Assembly: GCA_027622665.1 (NCBI GenBank)
Contig: JAQBYT010000006.1
Span: forward strand, 64,001-128,000
Length of the DNA stretch: 64,000 bases
Direction of reading: 5' to 3'
Source: Verrucomicrobiota bacterium
GTDB taxonomy: Bacteria; Verrucomicrobiota; Verrucomicrobiia; Opitutales; Seribacteraceae
Position 1 is the first letter of the stretch; each line of letters begins with the position of its first letter. A program made the translations under genes and the position numbers. Shown piece after piece: positions 12,318 to 22,060 of the stretch. The notes under the pieces were generated by a model. It worked only from the letters and a program-made list of their open reading frames with translations. It was not told the DNA's origin and searched no databases.

Positions 12318-13832
12318 TCAAGGATTCAGAGGTAGACTTCGCAATTCCCGCTCGGCTTCGGGGCGCAACGGATTGTCCGGAGGTGCCAATGCCAAAAGTT
12401 TTCGATAGAGGATGGCGGCCGTGGCAGGTTTGTTTTCCGCGATATGATAACGGCGAGCAAGTTGCCACAGAATTTCGATGGACTCGGGAAAACGTTCGTG
12501 AGCTTTTTCCAGCTCTTCGAGATAGCGTTGTCCCGCGAGTGTCTCACGAGCGATGCGAAGGTAGTCCATGTGGTATCCCAGATCTTCGGGTGCATGGCGC
12601 GTTGCTTCCAAGGATTTCATTTCGGCCTCGTTGCCTTCACCTAGAAGAAAGTGGGCTTGGGAAGCCATATGCCATGCCGCAGCATTTTTCGGGTTTTCCC
12701 TGATGGCTCTGCGTGTGAAAAGCAAAGCACTTCGGAAGTTCTTTTCGAGCATGGCCAACTCCGCTTGATCCAGAAAACTTTTCTCTGCAGGTTTCGAATT
12801 ATTTGGAGGACTTGAAAATATGTCGGCGAGGGAAAGAGTGGTGGTGGTTTCATTATCCTGAAATGAGGTCTGCGAGGCGTTGCTCTCGATTGAGAATGGA
12901 GAACCCGGAGGTTTTTCTACGATCTCGAGAGTGCGGGGGGGGAGCTTGGATCCCCCGACCACCGGCTCAGCCTTAATTGGAGCTAGTAAGGCAGCGGCCA
13001 ATTGCGAAGCGGTTTTCCCCGCGGTCGCGTAATCTCTCTGAAAGAAGTCCAGGCGGCGGCGACGTTTCAATAAATCGGCGGCTATTTTTGCGTGTTCGCT
13101 CTTGTCCAGAGAACCCGGATGTGTCTTTTCCATCGCCAGTATCAAGGTTTCGGCCGAGTTCTCGTCCTTTAGGCTAAGCCTGATTTTAAGTAACCCGAGG
13201 TAGGGGAGTGGCGATTGATTCGGAGCTTTTTTTTCAGCGGACCGGAACCAGTGCTCGGCTTGAGGGTACATTCCCTTTGCCAAAAACAACTGAGCTACGG
13301 CCATTGCGTCTGCCGTTTCCGCCTTGTCGGATGCTTGTAGGAAAGCATCCAGAGCCTTGCTTTTTTTTCCTAGTCGGTGGAGCACACGGGCGTATTTCAG
13401 ATTGGCAAAAGTGTCATCAGGATGCTTTTGAATGTAGGTGGCATAAGCCTTTTCCGCGGATTCGTCGTCTTCTGCAAGCTCGTGAGCTTGCCCGGTTTCG
13501 GATAAAATGTTCGTTGCTCCACCCAGCGAGAAAGCCTGTTCAAGGCGAAAGGCCGCGAGGGCGTATTCCTCGGCGTCGAGTAAAGTGCGACCGAGCATGG
13601 TAATGATCTCAGGGGATTCTGGATGTCGATCATTCAGTTTACGTAGGATCGCCAGGGCTTCGTCTGTTTTACCTTCGATGCGTTTCTGTATTGCCTCGCT
13701 TAGGTCGGGCGGGTTTTGCTTGTCTGGTTCCCTGGGTGGAGAGACTTGTATCGGGTCGTCCGAACAACCGCCCGTGATCACTATCGAGACCACCATAGCG
13801 GAGAACCTTATCATACAAAGCGGAAATTGCAT
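12318..13832 (-). CDS. Tetratricopeptide-repeat protein, probable lipoprotein
   Basis: Hydrophobic N-terminus ending ITGG-C followed by multiple TPR-like helical repeats; start uncertain (13814 or 13832). Confidence 0.75.
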   Translation of the reverse strand: MQFPLCMIRFSAMVVSIVITGGCSDDPIQVSPPREPDKQNPPDLSEAIQKRIEGKTDEALAILRKLNDRHPESPEIITMLGRTLLDAEEYALAAFRLEQAFSLGGATNILSETGQAHELAEDDESAEKAYATYIQKHPDDTFANLKYARVLHRLGKKSKALDAFLQASDKAETADAMAVAQLFLAKGMYPQAEHWFRSAEKKAPNQSPLPYLGLLKIRLSLKDENSAETLILAMEKTHPGSLDKSEHAKIAADLLKRRRRLDFFQRDYATAGKTASQLAAALLAPIKAEPVVGGSKLPPRTLEIVEKPPGSPFSIESNASQTSFQDNETTTTLSLADIFSSPPNNSKPAEKSFLDQAELAMLEKNFRSALLFTRRAIRENPKNAAAWHMASQAHFLLGEGNEAEMKSLEATRHAPEDLGYHMDYLRIARETLAGQRYLEELEKAHERFPESIEILWQLARRYHIAENKPATAAILYRKLLALAPPDNPLRPEAERELRSLPLNP

Positions 13833-13856
13833 TAAAACTTCTATTCTCAACAGGAC

Positions 13857-14921
13857 GTGAAACGTCAAGCCATGCTCGCGGTTGCAACCATGTTTTCTCT
13901 GAGCTTCGGAGTTTCCTTCTCCGTTGATTTCCCTGGTGAGCCTTTTTTTTCAAAGGACCGAACCAAGCCATTGTTTCGGGAGAAGGGCCTTGTGACTTTC
14001 CGATGTTCACTGGGGAAACCTGAAAGTTATGCTCGTTCCGTCCGCTCTCTCATTCTTTTCAATGAGCTGAAAGGCGGGGTGCAATTACAGCCCGATCGTC
14101 AATCCAAAGTCGGAATCAAACTTTCTACCCATTTTGCTCCGGGTTTGGCCACGTCCCGACCTTTGGTGGATGCGTTGCTTGATTTGCTCAAGGCTCGAGG
14201 GTTTGCTCCCGAATCAGTGTTCCTCTTGGATCTTGAATCAAGAGGCCTTCGTCGTTCAGGTTTCCTGCCACCCCGCAGCAAGGGAGGCAATCGCTATCGT
14301 GGGCATCCTGTGGTTGCCCTCGATTCGCGAACCTATTTTGACGAAAGGTGGTTCCACGACAGTCCTATGCCGCCCTCCACTGACTATCGTGCTCGCCTGA
14401 GCCTTCGGTACCCGCGTGACCGTGAAGTCCGCTTGCGCGAGGAGCGCCGCAGTTACCTGCCGGCCCCTCTTTTTCTTGAGGATGCCTTCTGGATCAACCT
14501 GCCTGTAGCTATCGACAGTCGTTCGTTGGGCATTGATGCCGCTGTTGGAAATGCTTCCTTGCACGCGGTAGACAACAACTCTCGCTTCCTAGGTCGCTCC
14601 ACCACGGCTCCCTCGGCGGCGACTGAAATACTCGCCATACCCGAGTATTGGGAGAAGCACCTTTTTTCGATTCTCGACCTCTCCCGCTTTCAGTATGCGG
14701 GCGGTAGCAAGTTCGACGCTCAGTTCCTCGGTGGCGAACAGACTCTAATGCTTAGCGAAAACCCCTTGTCGGTGGATTACTTTGCCATGGAAGCTTTGAG
14801 CAAGGCTCGTACTGCCGAAGGTTTTGACCTTAGAGACAGGGAAAAAGCTCCGTTGTTTCGTTTCGGAGAAGATTTGGGCCTAGCTCGAAAAGGTGAAGCC
14901 CGGCTCGTGAACCTGCCCTAG
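13857..14921 (+). CDS. DUF362-like protein, probably exported
   Basis: KVGIKL, WINLPV and SENPLSVD segments echo the DUF362 layout; hydrophobic N-terminus. Confidence 0.5.
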   Translation: MKRQAMLAVATMFSLSFGVSFSVDFPGEPFFSKDRTKPLFREKGLVTFRCSLGKPESYARSVRSLILFNELKGGVQLQPDRQSKVGIKLSTHFAPGLATSRPLVDALLDLLKARGFAPESVFLLDLESRGLRRSGFLPPRSKGGNRYRGHPVVALDSRTYFDERWFHDSPMPPSTDYRARLSLRYPRDREVRLREERRSYLPAPLFLEDAFWINLPVAIDSRSLGIDAAVGNASLHAVDNNSRFLGRSTTAPSAATEILAIPEYWEKHLFSILDLSRFQYAGGSKFDAQFLGGEQTLMLSENPLSVDYFAMEALSKARTAEGFDLRDREKAPLFRFGEDLGLARKGEARLVNLP

Positions 14922-15733
14922 CTTTCGAAGGTTTCCCTTAGGTAGGCGAGGCTTTTAGTCGCTATGGTTTCGGGGTCCGGAGAATAGTCGAAGACCTCAA
15001 CCGAAACATAGCCATCGTATCCGCTTTCCCTGAGAGCTCCGGCAATCGGCTCGAACTTGACCTCGCCAAAACCGGGTCCCCGCAGGTTCGGATCATTTGC
15101 ATGAAAGTGTGCGGTGTGATCGCGACTTTCACGAATAATGTCCGGAATCGACTTTGTTTCGTCGCTCATGGCCTTTACGTCAAGGTGTAGGCGAAACGCT
15201 TCATGGTCTACTTTTTCTATGAGACGTATCGTCTCTGCAGCCGTGTTCAGAAAGTTCGTTTCCGCTCTGCCCAGAGGCTCCATCGCGATTGTAACGCCTA
15301 ATGAGCCGGCCGTTTCAGCTATTTCGCGCAGGGTATCGGCGGCTCGTGAAAAGGCATCTTCGTAGATCCAGTCATCCGCGACGTCTCTTTGTTTCGGGCT
15401 TCCCCATACCATCACTCGACCACCCATGGCAGCGCATGTGCGGGCAAGATGTCGACCGAAAGCTACCGTATCCTTGCGGAGCAATCCGTCCGGCGTAGTT
15501 AGGTGAAGCCAACCCGGTTTCACCAGCAACCAATGAAGCCCCACTACTTCCAGTCCGGCTGATTTGGCGGTTTCCCCGTGCCGACCTGCTTCCTCCTCGG
15601 TCAGTTCACGTGGATCCTCCTTGAGCGTGAAGGGTGCGACCTCGATGCCATCGTAGCCTGTTTCGGCGACGTGGTCGCAGGTTCTTGAGAAGTCCCACCC
15701 TTGGTAGGTTTCGTTGCAGATCGCGAATTTCAT
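14918..15733 (-). CDS. Sugar phosphate isomerase/epimerase (D-tagatose 3-epimerase / xylose-isomerase-like TIM barrel)
   Basis: GYDGIEVA, MEPL...ETNF, LHLD, HFHAND...PG and YDGYVSVEVF metal-ligand motifs. Confidence 0.88.
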   Translation of the reverse strand: MKFAICNETYQGWDFSRTCDHVAETGYDGIEVAPFTLKEDPRELTEEEAGRHGETAKSAGLEVVGLHWLLVKPGWLHLTTPDGLLRKDTVAFGRHLARTCAAMGGRVMVWGSPKQRDVADDWIYEDAFSRAADTLREIAETAGSLGVTIAMEPLGRAETNFLNTAAETIRLIEKVDHEAFRLHLDVKAMSDETKSIPDIIRESRDHTAHFHANDPNLRGPGFGEVKFEPIAGALRESGYDGYVSVEVFDYSPDPETIATKSLAYLRETFES

Positions 15734-15807
15734 ATTTCCCTATTCAATCTCGCAATCTGTGGAGTCCAAGCCTTTTCTGCCGGACGAACGATCAGAGAGT
15801 CGTCAGC

Positions 15808-17067
15808 ATGGAACTTCTTATGAGAATTTGTATCTATGTTTTTGCTGTGTACCTGCTCCCTTCGATTTCTGCCTTGGCGGGAGACTGGCCTCAATGGCTT
15901 GGACCAAATCGCGACGGCGTGGCCGTCGGCGAAAAGTTTTCTTTACCCAAGGACGGCGCGACTTTCCCGACGCTTTGGAAAGTATCGCTTGGCGAGGGTT
16001 GGGCTGCTCCTGTAGTAGTGGACGGCAAATTGGTCATTCATCACCGTCCGGGAGCTGAGGAATCGGTTGATTGTCTGGATGCTTCTTCGGGCAAGTTACT
16101 TTGGCGATACTCCTTCGCTTCCGGCTATCGCGATGGTTTCGGCATGGCTGAAGGACCTCGATCCACTCCAACCATTTCGGCTGGCAAAGTTTTTGCCTAC
16201 GGCCCCCAAGGTATTTTGAATTGTCTCGATTTCGCTTCCGGCAAGCTGAAGTGGACCGTGAACGTTGCCAAGCAGTTCCGTTCGCCACAGGGCTTTTTCG
16301 GCCGTTGTTGTTCCCCGCTAGTCGTAGGGGAGCTTGTGATGCTTGACGTCGGTGGGGCCGGAGCCGGGGTGGTTGCCTTCAATGTGGACACGGGAAAGGT
16401 CTTATGGAAGGCAACCGATCACGGAAACGATTATTCCTCGCCCGTTTCGACTACCGTCGGTGAGGTTTCCTGCTCTCTCTTTTTCATCCGTGACGGTTTT
16501 CTTGGACTAGAAGTCCAAACTGGTCGTCAGCTTTTTTTCGAGCGTTTCCGCTCGCCAATTAATGCATCCGTAAACGCTGCGACACCCTTGCTTATCGGAG
16601 ATTCCGTCTTTGTTTCCAGTTGCTACGACGTGGGGGGGGCTGTTTGGAAGTTAAAACCCGATGGCAAGGGTGGTGTGTTCACGCAAACCATCTGGAAGAA
16701 AGGTGGAATGCTTGATGGTCATTATTCCACCGCGGTTCATCACGATGGTTATCTCTACGGTTTTCATGGCCGTCAAGAGCGCGGGACCGAGCTTCGTTGC
16801 GTTAGTCTTGCCGATGGATCCGTTCAATGGACCTCGGGGCGAATTGCATCGGGAAACCTTTTGCTGGCTGACGGAAAACTCATTGTACTCACGGAAGATG
16901 GGGAACTTCTCTTAGCGCCTGCCGTCTCAAAAGGATATAAAGTGCTACACAGGCAACAAATCCTAGGTTTCGAGACTCGAGCTCATTTCGCAATTTCCAA
17001 CGGCAAACTTTTCGCCCGTGACAAGAAACGACTTGTTTCCATGGACTTGACGGTTGCCAGACCCTGA
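15808..17067 (+). CDS. Exported PQQ-like beta-propeller repeat protein (BamB-like)
   Basis: Signal peptide, then DWPQWLGPNRDG and repeated LDxxxGKxxW blades. Confidence 0.88.
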   Translation: MELLMRICIYVFAVYLLPSISALAGDWPQWLGPNRDGVAVGEKFSLPKDGATFPTLWKVSLGEGWAAPVVVDGKLVIHHRPGAEESVDCLDASSGKLLWRYSFASGYRDGFGMAEGPRSTPTISAGKVFAYGPQGILNCLDFASGKLKWTVNVAKQFRSPQGFFGRCCSPLVVGELVMLDVGGAGAGVVAFNVDTGKVLWKATDHGNDYSSPVSTTVGEVSCSLFFIRDGFLGLEVQTGRQLFFERFRSPINASVNAATPLLIGDSVFVSSCYDVGGAVWKLKPDGKGGVFTQTIWKKGGMLDGHYSTAVHHDGYLYGFHGRQERGTELRCVSLADGSVQWTSGRIASGNLLLADGKLIVLTEDGELLLAPAVSKGYKVLHRQQILGFETRAHFAISNGKLFARDKKRLVSMDLTVARP

Positions 17068-17071
17068 GTAC

Positions 17072-18031
17072 TCAGACTCCGTTGACCACGTTGGCGGTCT
17101 TCCCGTCTATGAAGGAGCGAAGGTTCTTTGCGGTGGCGGCTAGTAGGCGCTTCCGTGCAGCATAGGTGGCCCAGGCGATGTGTGGACTGACGAAGCAATT
17201 TTTCGCCTGAGGCAAGGGATTGTGGGGTGACGGAGGTTCTGTGGAGAGCACGTCTAAGCCGGCTCCGGCGAGGTGACCTGCATTGAGGGCATTGGCGAGA
17301 GCCTCTTCGTCTACGAGTTGGCCTCTGCCTGTATTGATAAGGAAGGCGGATGACTTCATCTGGGCTAGGTTTTCCGAATTCACGACTCGATCCGTTTCGG
17401 GGGTGAGCGGGCAGTGTAGGCTAAGTACGTCGCTTTGCCCAAAGAGGGTGTCCATGCTCACTGCCTCCACCTCTCCTTCAATGTTTTCCTTGAGAGAGCG
17501 ACTATGGGCTATGACCTTCATGCCGAAGGCTCTTCCGATACCGGCGGTTTCTTTACCGATTGTTCCGTATCCGAGAATGCCGAGAGTGAGCCCATCCAGC
17601 TCCACGAGAGGAAAGTCGGTGAAGCAGAAGTCGGGGCAACTCGCCCAGCGTCCTGCCGACACTTCATTTGCATGGTGAGCCGTTCGCTGCGTGAGGTTCA
17701 GGATGTGAGCGAAGGCCATTTGGGCCACGGATTTTGGCCCGTAGCCCGGAACGTTCGTGACGGGGATTCCGCGTTCGGAAGCGGCTTCGCAATTCACGAT
17801 GTTCACTCCCGTAGCCGTGACGCCGATGTAGCGGAGTTCACGAAGGTTCTCGATTGTCTCGCGAGTGACGAGGGCCTTGTTTGTGATGATAGCGTCTGCT
17901 CCCTTGCATCTTTCCGCCATCTCTTCAGGTAATGTGCGGTCGTGAATCTCGAGCTCGCCTAGTTCTCCGAGACGATCCCAAGACAGGTCGCCCGGATTAA
18001 GGGTATACGCATCCAATACGACGATTTTCAT
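17072..18031 (-). CDS. D-2-hydroxyacid dehydrogenase (glycerate dehydrogenase / HprA-like)
   Basis: MKIVVLDAYTLNPGDL, GILGYGTIG, LHCPLT, INTGRG, LDVLSTEPP and PHIAW motifs. Confidence 0.92.
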   Translation of the reverse strand: MKIVVLDAYTLNPGDLSWDRLGELGELEIHDRTLPEEMAERCKGADAIITNKALVTRETIENLRELRYIGVTATGVNIVNCEAASERGIPVTNVPGYGPKSVAQMAFAHILNLTQRTAHHANEVSAGRWASCPDFCFTDFPLVELDGLTLGILGYGTIGKETAGIGRAFGMKVIAHSRSLKENIEGEVEAVSMDTLFGQSDVLSLHCPLTPETDRVVNSENLAQMKSSAFLINTGRGQLVDEEALANALNAGHLAGAGLDVLSTEPPSPHNPLPQAKNCFVSPHIAWATYAARKRLLAATAKNLRSFIDGKTANVVNGV

Positions 18032-18103
18032 AGATAGGGTGATTGAACTAGAAGATAGCTTTTGGCTTTCCTTAACCAAAATCGTCGCAGCGATTTAATT
18101 ACC

Positions 18104-21100
18104 TTATTCTTTCCCCTTCAGGCAGGTGATCGTGCCTTTCACTGTGGAGAGAAAAAGTTTTCCGTTGGCCGCGGCAAGACCGTCCCATGTAGGAAGGTAA
18201 CCAAGGTTGTACTTGGCCAAGGTTTCCCCTGTTTTGGCGGAGACTGCGAGAAGGACTGCGCCTTGGGTGCCTGCTAAGGCAGCTTCCTGCTTGTCGATGA
18301 TTTCTTTCACGGAATTGTCGCGAGCCATAATGCGGGAAAAAGTTTCTTCCTCGTCCATGACGTCCGGGGGGCCTGCCACGAAGACGACGTCCTCAGCCAA
18401 AACCATTCCACGGGCAAGCACGGGAATGTCGTGCGTCCAGTTGTGGGCGACGCCTCCGCCGGCTTGCTGTTTTCCACCTTTTTTCGGTTTTCCTGCGAAG
18501 CGGAAGGCATTTCCCACTTTGCCCTTGGCAGGCTGAGCTTCGTTGACGCTGGCCTTGTGACCGTGTGTAGAGAGGTCGGTAGCCTCCGCATCATCGAAAG
18601 AGCAAGCGAGCACGCAGGTCGACTCAATGGCTCGTCCTCCTCCTTGATTGAGAAAGGCCTTGGCGAAGATCTCGGGGTCAACCTCACCGAAGTGCAGGCG
18701 TACCTCGTCGATCGAGCCTGTGAAATTGAATGGGCTTGCGTAGTTCCCGACGGCGGATAAGTCGTCGGCTCCTATATCCAGGCTTTGGATCGGGTCTGAA
18801 GCAATTAGATCCGGAGCTTTCCCTTTGGCGCTGAGCCGACCGTCGAGATAAAGACGCATGGATTTATCTTTGGATAGGACACCTGCCAAATGATGCCATT
18901 TCCCCTTTATCGTGTCTCGAATAGATATGGTGGCCAGCTGATCCTTCGAACGAATGTGAAAGTGAGGGCGGCCCTTCTCGATGGTCAGGGCAAAACCGTC
19001 GCGTGGTCCGCCTCTGGCAACTATGACGCCATCGTTCCTGTCTGCCTTCACCCATGCTTCGACGGCAATGGCCTTCCCTTTGGGATTGAGAGTTTTTGGA
19101 ATACCGAAGCTCACCATTTGCGTAGGTGTGGCCGGGCTTCTTCGGTTGGTGGCTGGGCTTGGTGCTTCCGTACCCACCTTTTGCTCCATCGGAGCTGAGA
19201 AAAGCTGGTGCTCCAAAGTTGTTGTCCAGCGAAGATATTGAGGTTTGCGACCAAAGCCGTAGACGGTGTCATCGTCGTGCACGAGGATTCGACCCGAGGG
19301 AGCGAACTTCCCGGCTTGATAGTAACCGCCATGGCCACCTGCGAAGCTGCGACCGTATACCCAGTAACTGCGGTGGAACCAGTCGCCGTCGAGAAAACCG
19401 GTGGGTGAGAAGAGGTGGGCACCTTCCCCTTTTTGGACGGATCCCTGGGTGGATGGGTTACCTGAGTGTGGACCCAATCCGACACGTTTTCCGTTCAGGT
19501 CGAATTTCTGGGAGCGCATGTAGATGAATTCACCGTCGCAAGAGAGTATGTCGGTCAAACCCACAGGCATGTTCAGGACTTGATGACGATCTTGAAGGTT
19601 GTCTCCGGTTTCGGGATCGGTCTCGTTTATTTTGGTTTGGGCGATTGTTTCTCCCGTTTTGGCGTCGAGCCTGTAGAAGCGCAGCCCTCCATCGAGGAAG
19701 TTGGAGCGCCCCGCGACGAAATAGGCGGAACCGTCACGGACAAGGACGTTTCCCGATACAGGCCAAACGGACTCCAGTTGCTCGAAGGACATGTGACGGA
19801 GGTCCTCGGGGGATGCATGGAAACGCCAAGCAAGAGTGCCGTCGGAGGCTTGCAGGCTGCTCACGGTCCCATCGGCAGAGCCAAAGAGGACATTGCCCTG
19901 ATGGTAGGTGGGTGGAGAGTCGATTCGTCCGCCGGCGACGTGAGACCAAAGGATTTTTCCGTTCCCCGCGTCTAAGCAATGGACGGCGTGCGCATCAATT
20001 TCCGCGACGAAGAGTTTGCCGTCCGCCACAATTACGGAGCTGAGCCGTGAACCATCGCCGATTTCAGTTTCCCACGCGGGGTTGAGGGAAGTGGATACGG
20101 GAGCGACTGCTTTGCCGCTACGATTGACGTTGCCGCGATAAGTCGGCCAGTCCGAGGGATTTGGTTCTTTGGGCGCGGCGGTCTTGCCGTATGCAGGACC
20201 TTTTTCCAGTTGTGGCGGTAAATCTTTCGGGTTGGGCGGTTCTCGACTGTCGGATGCCGGGGCGAGGGCATTGAGACCGAATAGCTTGGCTTCGGGATAA
20301 CATGCGCAGTTGTGGGGCGGGGCGTAGACCAACCCGTGGCAGGGCATGATGCCATAGAGGCAACCGCCGCGAACCCAGTGATTGATGTCCCAGTGAGACT
20401 TTTCGAAGTCTACGAACTCGATGCCCGTCCGTGATGCGAGCAGGAACCGTTCGGTGGCTTTCGCAATGTGGCATCGGTGATGAAACCAGTAGGGATTAAC
20501 CTTTGGGGGAAAGCTCTTTTTAACCTCCCCCGAACGAAGGTCGCGACCAGTCCATGCTCCTGAGTCCTTCGTGCTCGTCAATGGGGCGGACCAAACCAGA
20601 CCACCGATAACGAGCAAATCCTCGGGAGATTGATAGCCGCCGCGTTCGTGTGGCGAGGTCCAGAGATTCTTCCCTGTGGTCGCATCAAAAGCGGTCATTG
20701 AACGGTCGCCACCTGCGAAAACCACCACACCGTCGACGACAACCAGTTTGGGGCCGAAATTGAATGGGACGCTAGGTCGACTACCACTGGATTGCCCCTT
20801 CCACGCGACCTTGCCGGTCTTTAGTTCGATCGCGGTGACGTTCTTGCCGTCATAAAGGTAGGCGCGTTCTCCATCTGTGGCCGGTGACAGTGGAGCGGCA
20901 GGGCTTTCGTATTCCCAGCGCTTCTTGCCGGTTTCGGAATCGTAGCACATGAGGATGCGAGGTTTTTGGTTCCAGACGAACTCCGTCCGAACACGAGCTT
21001 GATCTCCCACATTGTGCTTTGGTACATAGTCCTTTAGCTCGGAAACTCCCCTGTTTACCAAGGCAATTAATGATCCATTGGCCACGAGTATCTCCTCCGT

Positions 21101-21997
21101 TCCCTCGGAGCCTTTGAAGTCGGTCAACGTTTTTCCGGAGGTGGCGTCTAGGGCTGAAACGGCAGCGGTTATGCCCAAAGTGAAGTAAACGCGATTACCC
21201 ACAGAGACCAGTCTGCGCGCCAGTTGCGTGGGACCGCTCTTGAGAGGCCAGAGGTGGTGATGCCATTTCGGGATATCCCGCTTCCATAGAACGACTCCAT
21301 TAAAGGCGTCTCGAGCAATTAGCTTCCATTGCGGCGGCAACTGAATCGACACGCGGGATCCCTCGTCCATGACGTAGAACAAGCGACCGCGGGAAGAGAC
21401 GAGGGCACTCATACTAGCCATGCGGTCGTGGTGACGCGACCAGCGTGGGCTACCCACCCACTGCAGACGGCGTGGAGGTCCCACTCGTGTGTCTTTGGCA
21501 ACGGCATTGCCATCCGCTCCGTGCAAGTAATGGGTCCATTCGTCGATGTCCTCAGGCCATGGTTTTGCTAGGCTCTTCCACTTGCCGTTCTTATGAATAT
21601 AGGCGATGCCGAGTGGTGCAAGTACGCGTAGGATTTCTTTTTCGTCAGTCTCCACTCCCTCCTCGGCTACGAGTAGGTTTACCATATTGTCGATGTACGG
21701 CAAGTGGTTGCCCCTCAAAAGGTCGGCGGCCACGGTTCCGTAGCTCCCGACAGACTCTCGAATCTCCTTTCGGAGATCGTCGAGTTGCGAGGCATCCGTA
21801 ACGAGCGCGTGAACTTGGTAACTGTCGCTCGGTTGCAACGCGGCAGTAGCGGACCCGTCATCGGCCCCGACGTGAACGATAAATCCTCCTTTTACGCATG
21901 ATTCCTTCAGAACGCGGGTAATTTCGTCTTTTGACGAACGGGCGAATCCGGCATTCGCCGACAATATTATCAAAGGAATAACCAACAGTTTTTTCAT
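18104..21997 (-). CDS. Large exported protein: methyltransferase-like domain + PQQ-like propellers + LamG/ConA-like domain
   Basis: Signal peptide; HLPYIDNMVNLLV...ILRVLAPxG; WTHYLHG/WPTYRG propeller starts; WHHLAGV...LYLDG...FTGSIDEVR LamG signature. Confidence 0.8.
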   Translation of the reverse strand: MKKLLVIPLIILSANAGFARSSKDEITRVLKESCVKGGFIVHVGADDGSATAALQPSDSYQVHALVTDASQLDDLRKEIRESVGSYGTVAADLLRGNHLPYIDNMVNLLVAEEGVETDEKEILRVLAPLGIAYIHKNGKWKSLAKPWPEDIDEWTHYLHGADGNAVAKDTRVGPPRRLQWVGSPRWSRHHDRMASMSALVSSRGRLFYVMDEGSRVSIQLPPQWKLIARDAFNGVVLWKRDIPKWHHHLWPLKSGPTQLARRLVSVGNRVYFTLGITAAVSALDATSGKTLTDFKGSEGTEEILVANGSLIALVNRGVSELKDYVPKHNVGDQARVRTEFVWNQKPRILMCYDSETGKKRWEYESPAAPLSPATDGERAYLYDGKNVTAIELKTGKVAWKGQSSGSRPSVPFNFGPKLVVVDGVVVFAGGDRSMTAFDATTGKNLWTSPHERGGYQSPEDLLVIGGLVWSAPLTSTKDSGAWTGRDLRSGEVKKSFPPKVNPYWFHHRCHIAKATERFLLASRTGIEFVDFEKSHWDINHWVRGGCLYGIMPCHGLVYAPPHNCACYPEAKLFGLNALAPASDSREPPNPKDLPPQLEKGPAYGKTAAPKEPNPSDWPTYRGNVNRSGKAVAPVSTSLNPAWETEIGDGSRLSSVIVADGKLFVAEIDAHAVHCLDAGNGKILWSHVAGGRIDSPPTYHQGNVLFGSADGTVSSLQASDGTLAWRFHASPEDLRHMSFEQLESVWPVSGNVLVRDGSAYFVAGRSNFLDGGLRFYRLDAKTGETIAQTKINETDPETGDNLQDRHQVLNMPVGLTDILSCDGEFIYMRSQKFDLNGKRVGLGPHSGNPSTQGSVQKGEGAHLFSPTGFLDGDWFHRSYWVYGRSFAGGHGGYYQAGKFAPSGRILVHDDDTVYGFGRKPQYLRWTTTLEHQLFSAPMEQKVGTEAPSPATNRRSPATPTQMVSFGIPKTLNPKGKAIAVEAWVKADRNDGVIVARGGPRDGFALTIEKGRPHFHIRSKDQLATISIRDTIKGKWHHLAGVLSKDKSMRLYLDGRLSAKGKAPDLIASDPIQSLDIGADDLSAVGNYASPFNFTGSIDEVRLHFGEVDPEIFAKAFLNQGGGRAIESTCVLACSFDDAEATDLSTHGHKASVNEAQPAKGKVGNAFRFAGKPKKGGKQQAGGGVAHNWTHDIPVLARGMVLAEDVVFVAGPPDVMDEEETFSRIMARDNSVKEIIDKQEAALAGTQGAVLLAVSAKTGETLAKYNLGYLPTWDGLAAANGKLFLSTVKGTITCLKGKE

Positions 21998-22060
21998 GAG
22001 GGAGTCGATTAAATGGTTAAGAGCGCATCACCCGTTCGGCGATTTCGGGACCGAAATTAC

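Noticed and set aside
15634..15807. Arg-rich extension of the PQQ-propeller ORF resembling a Tat signal
   Set aside because: Overlaps the divergent epimerase; a normal signal peptide starts at 15808/15820
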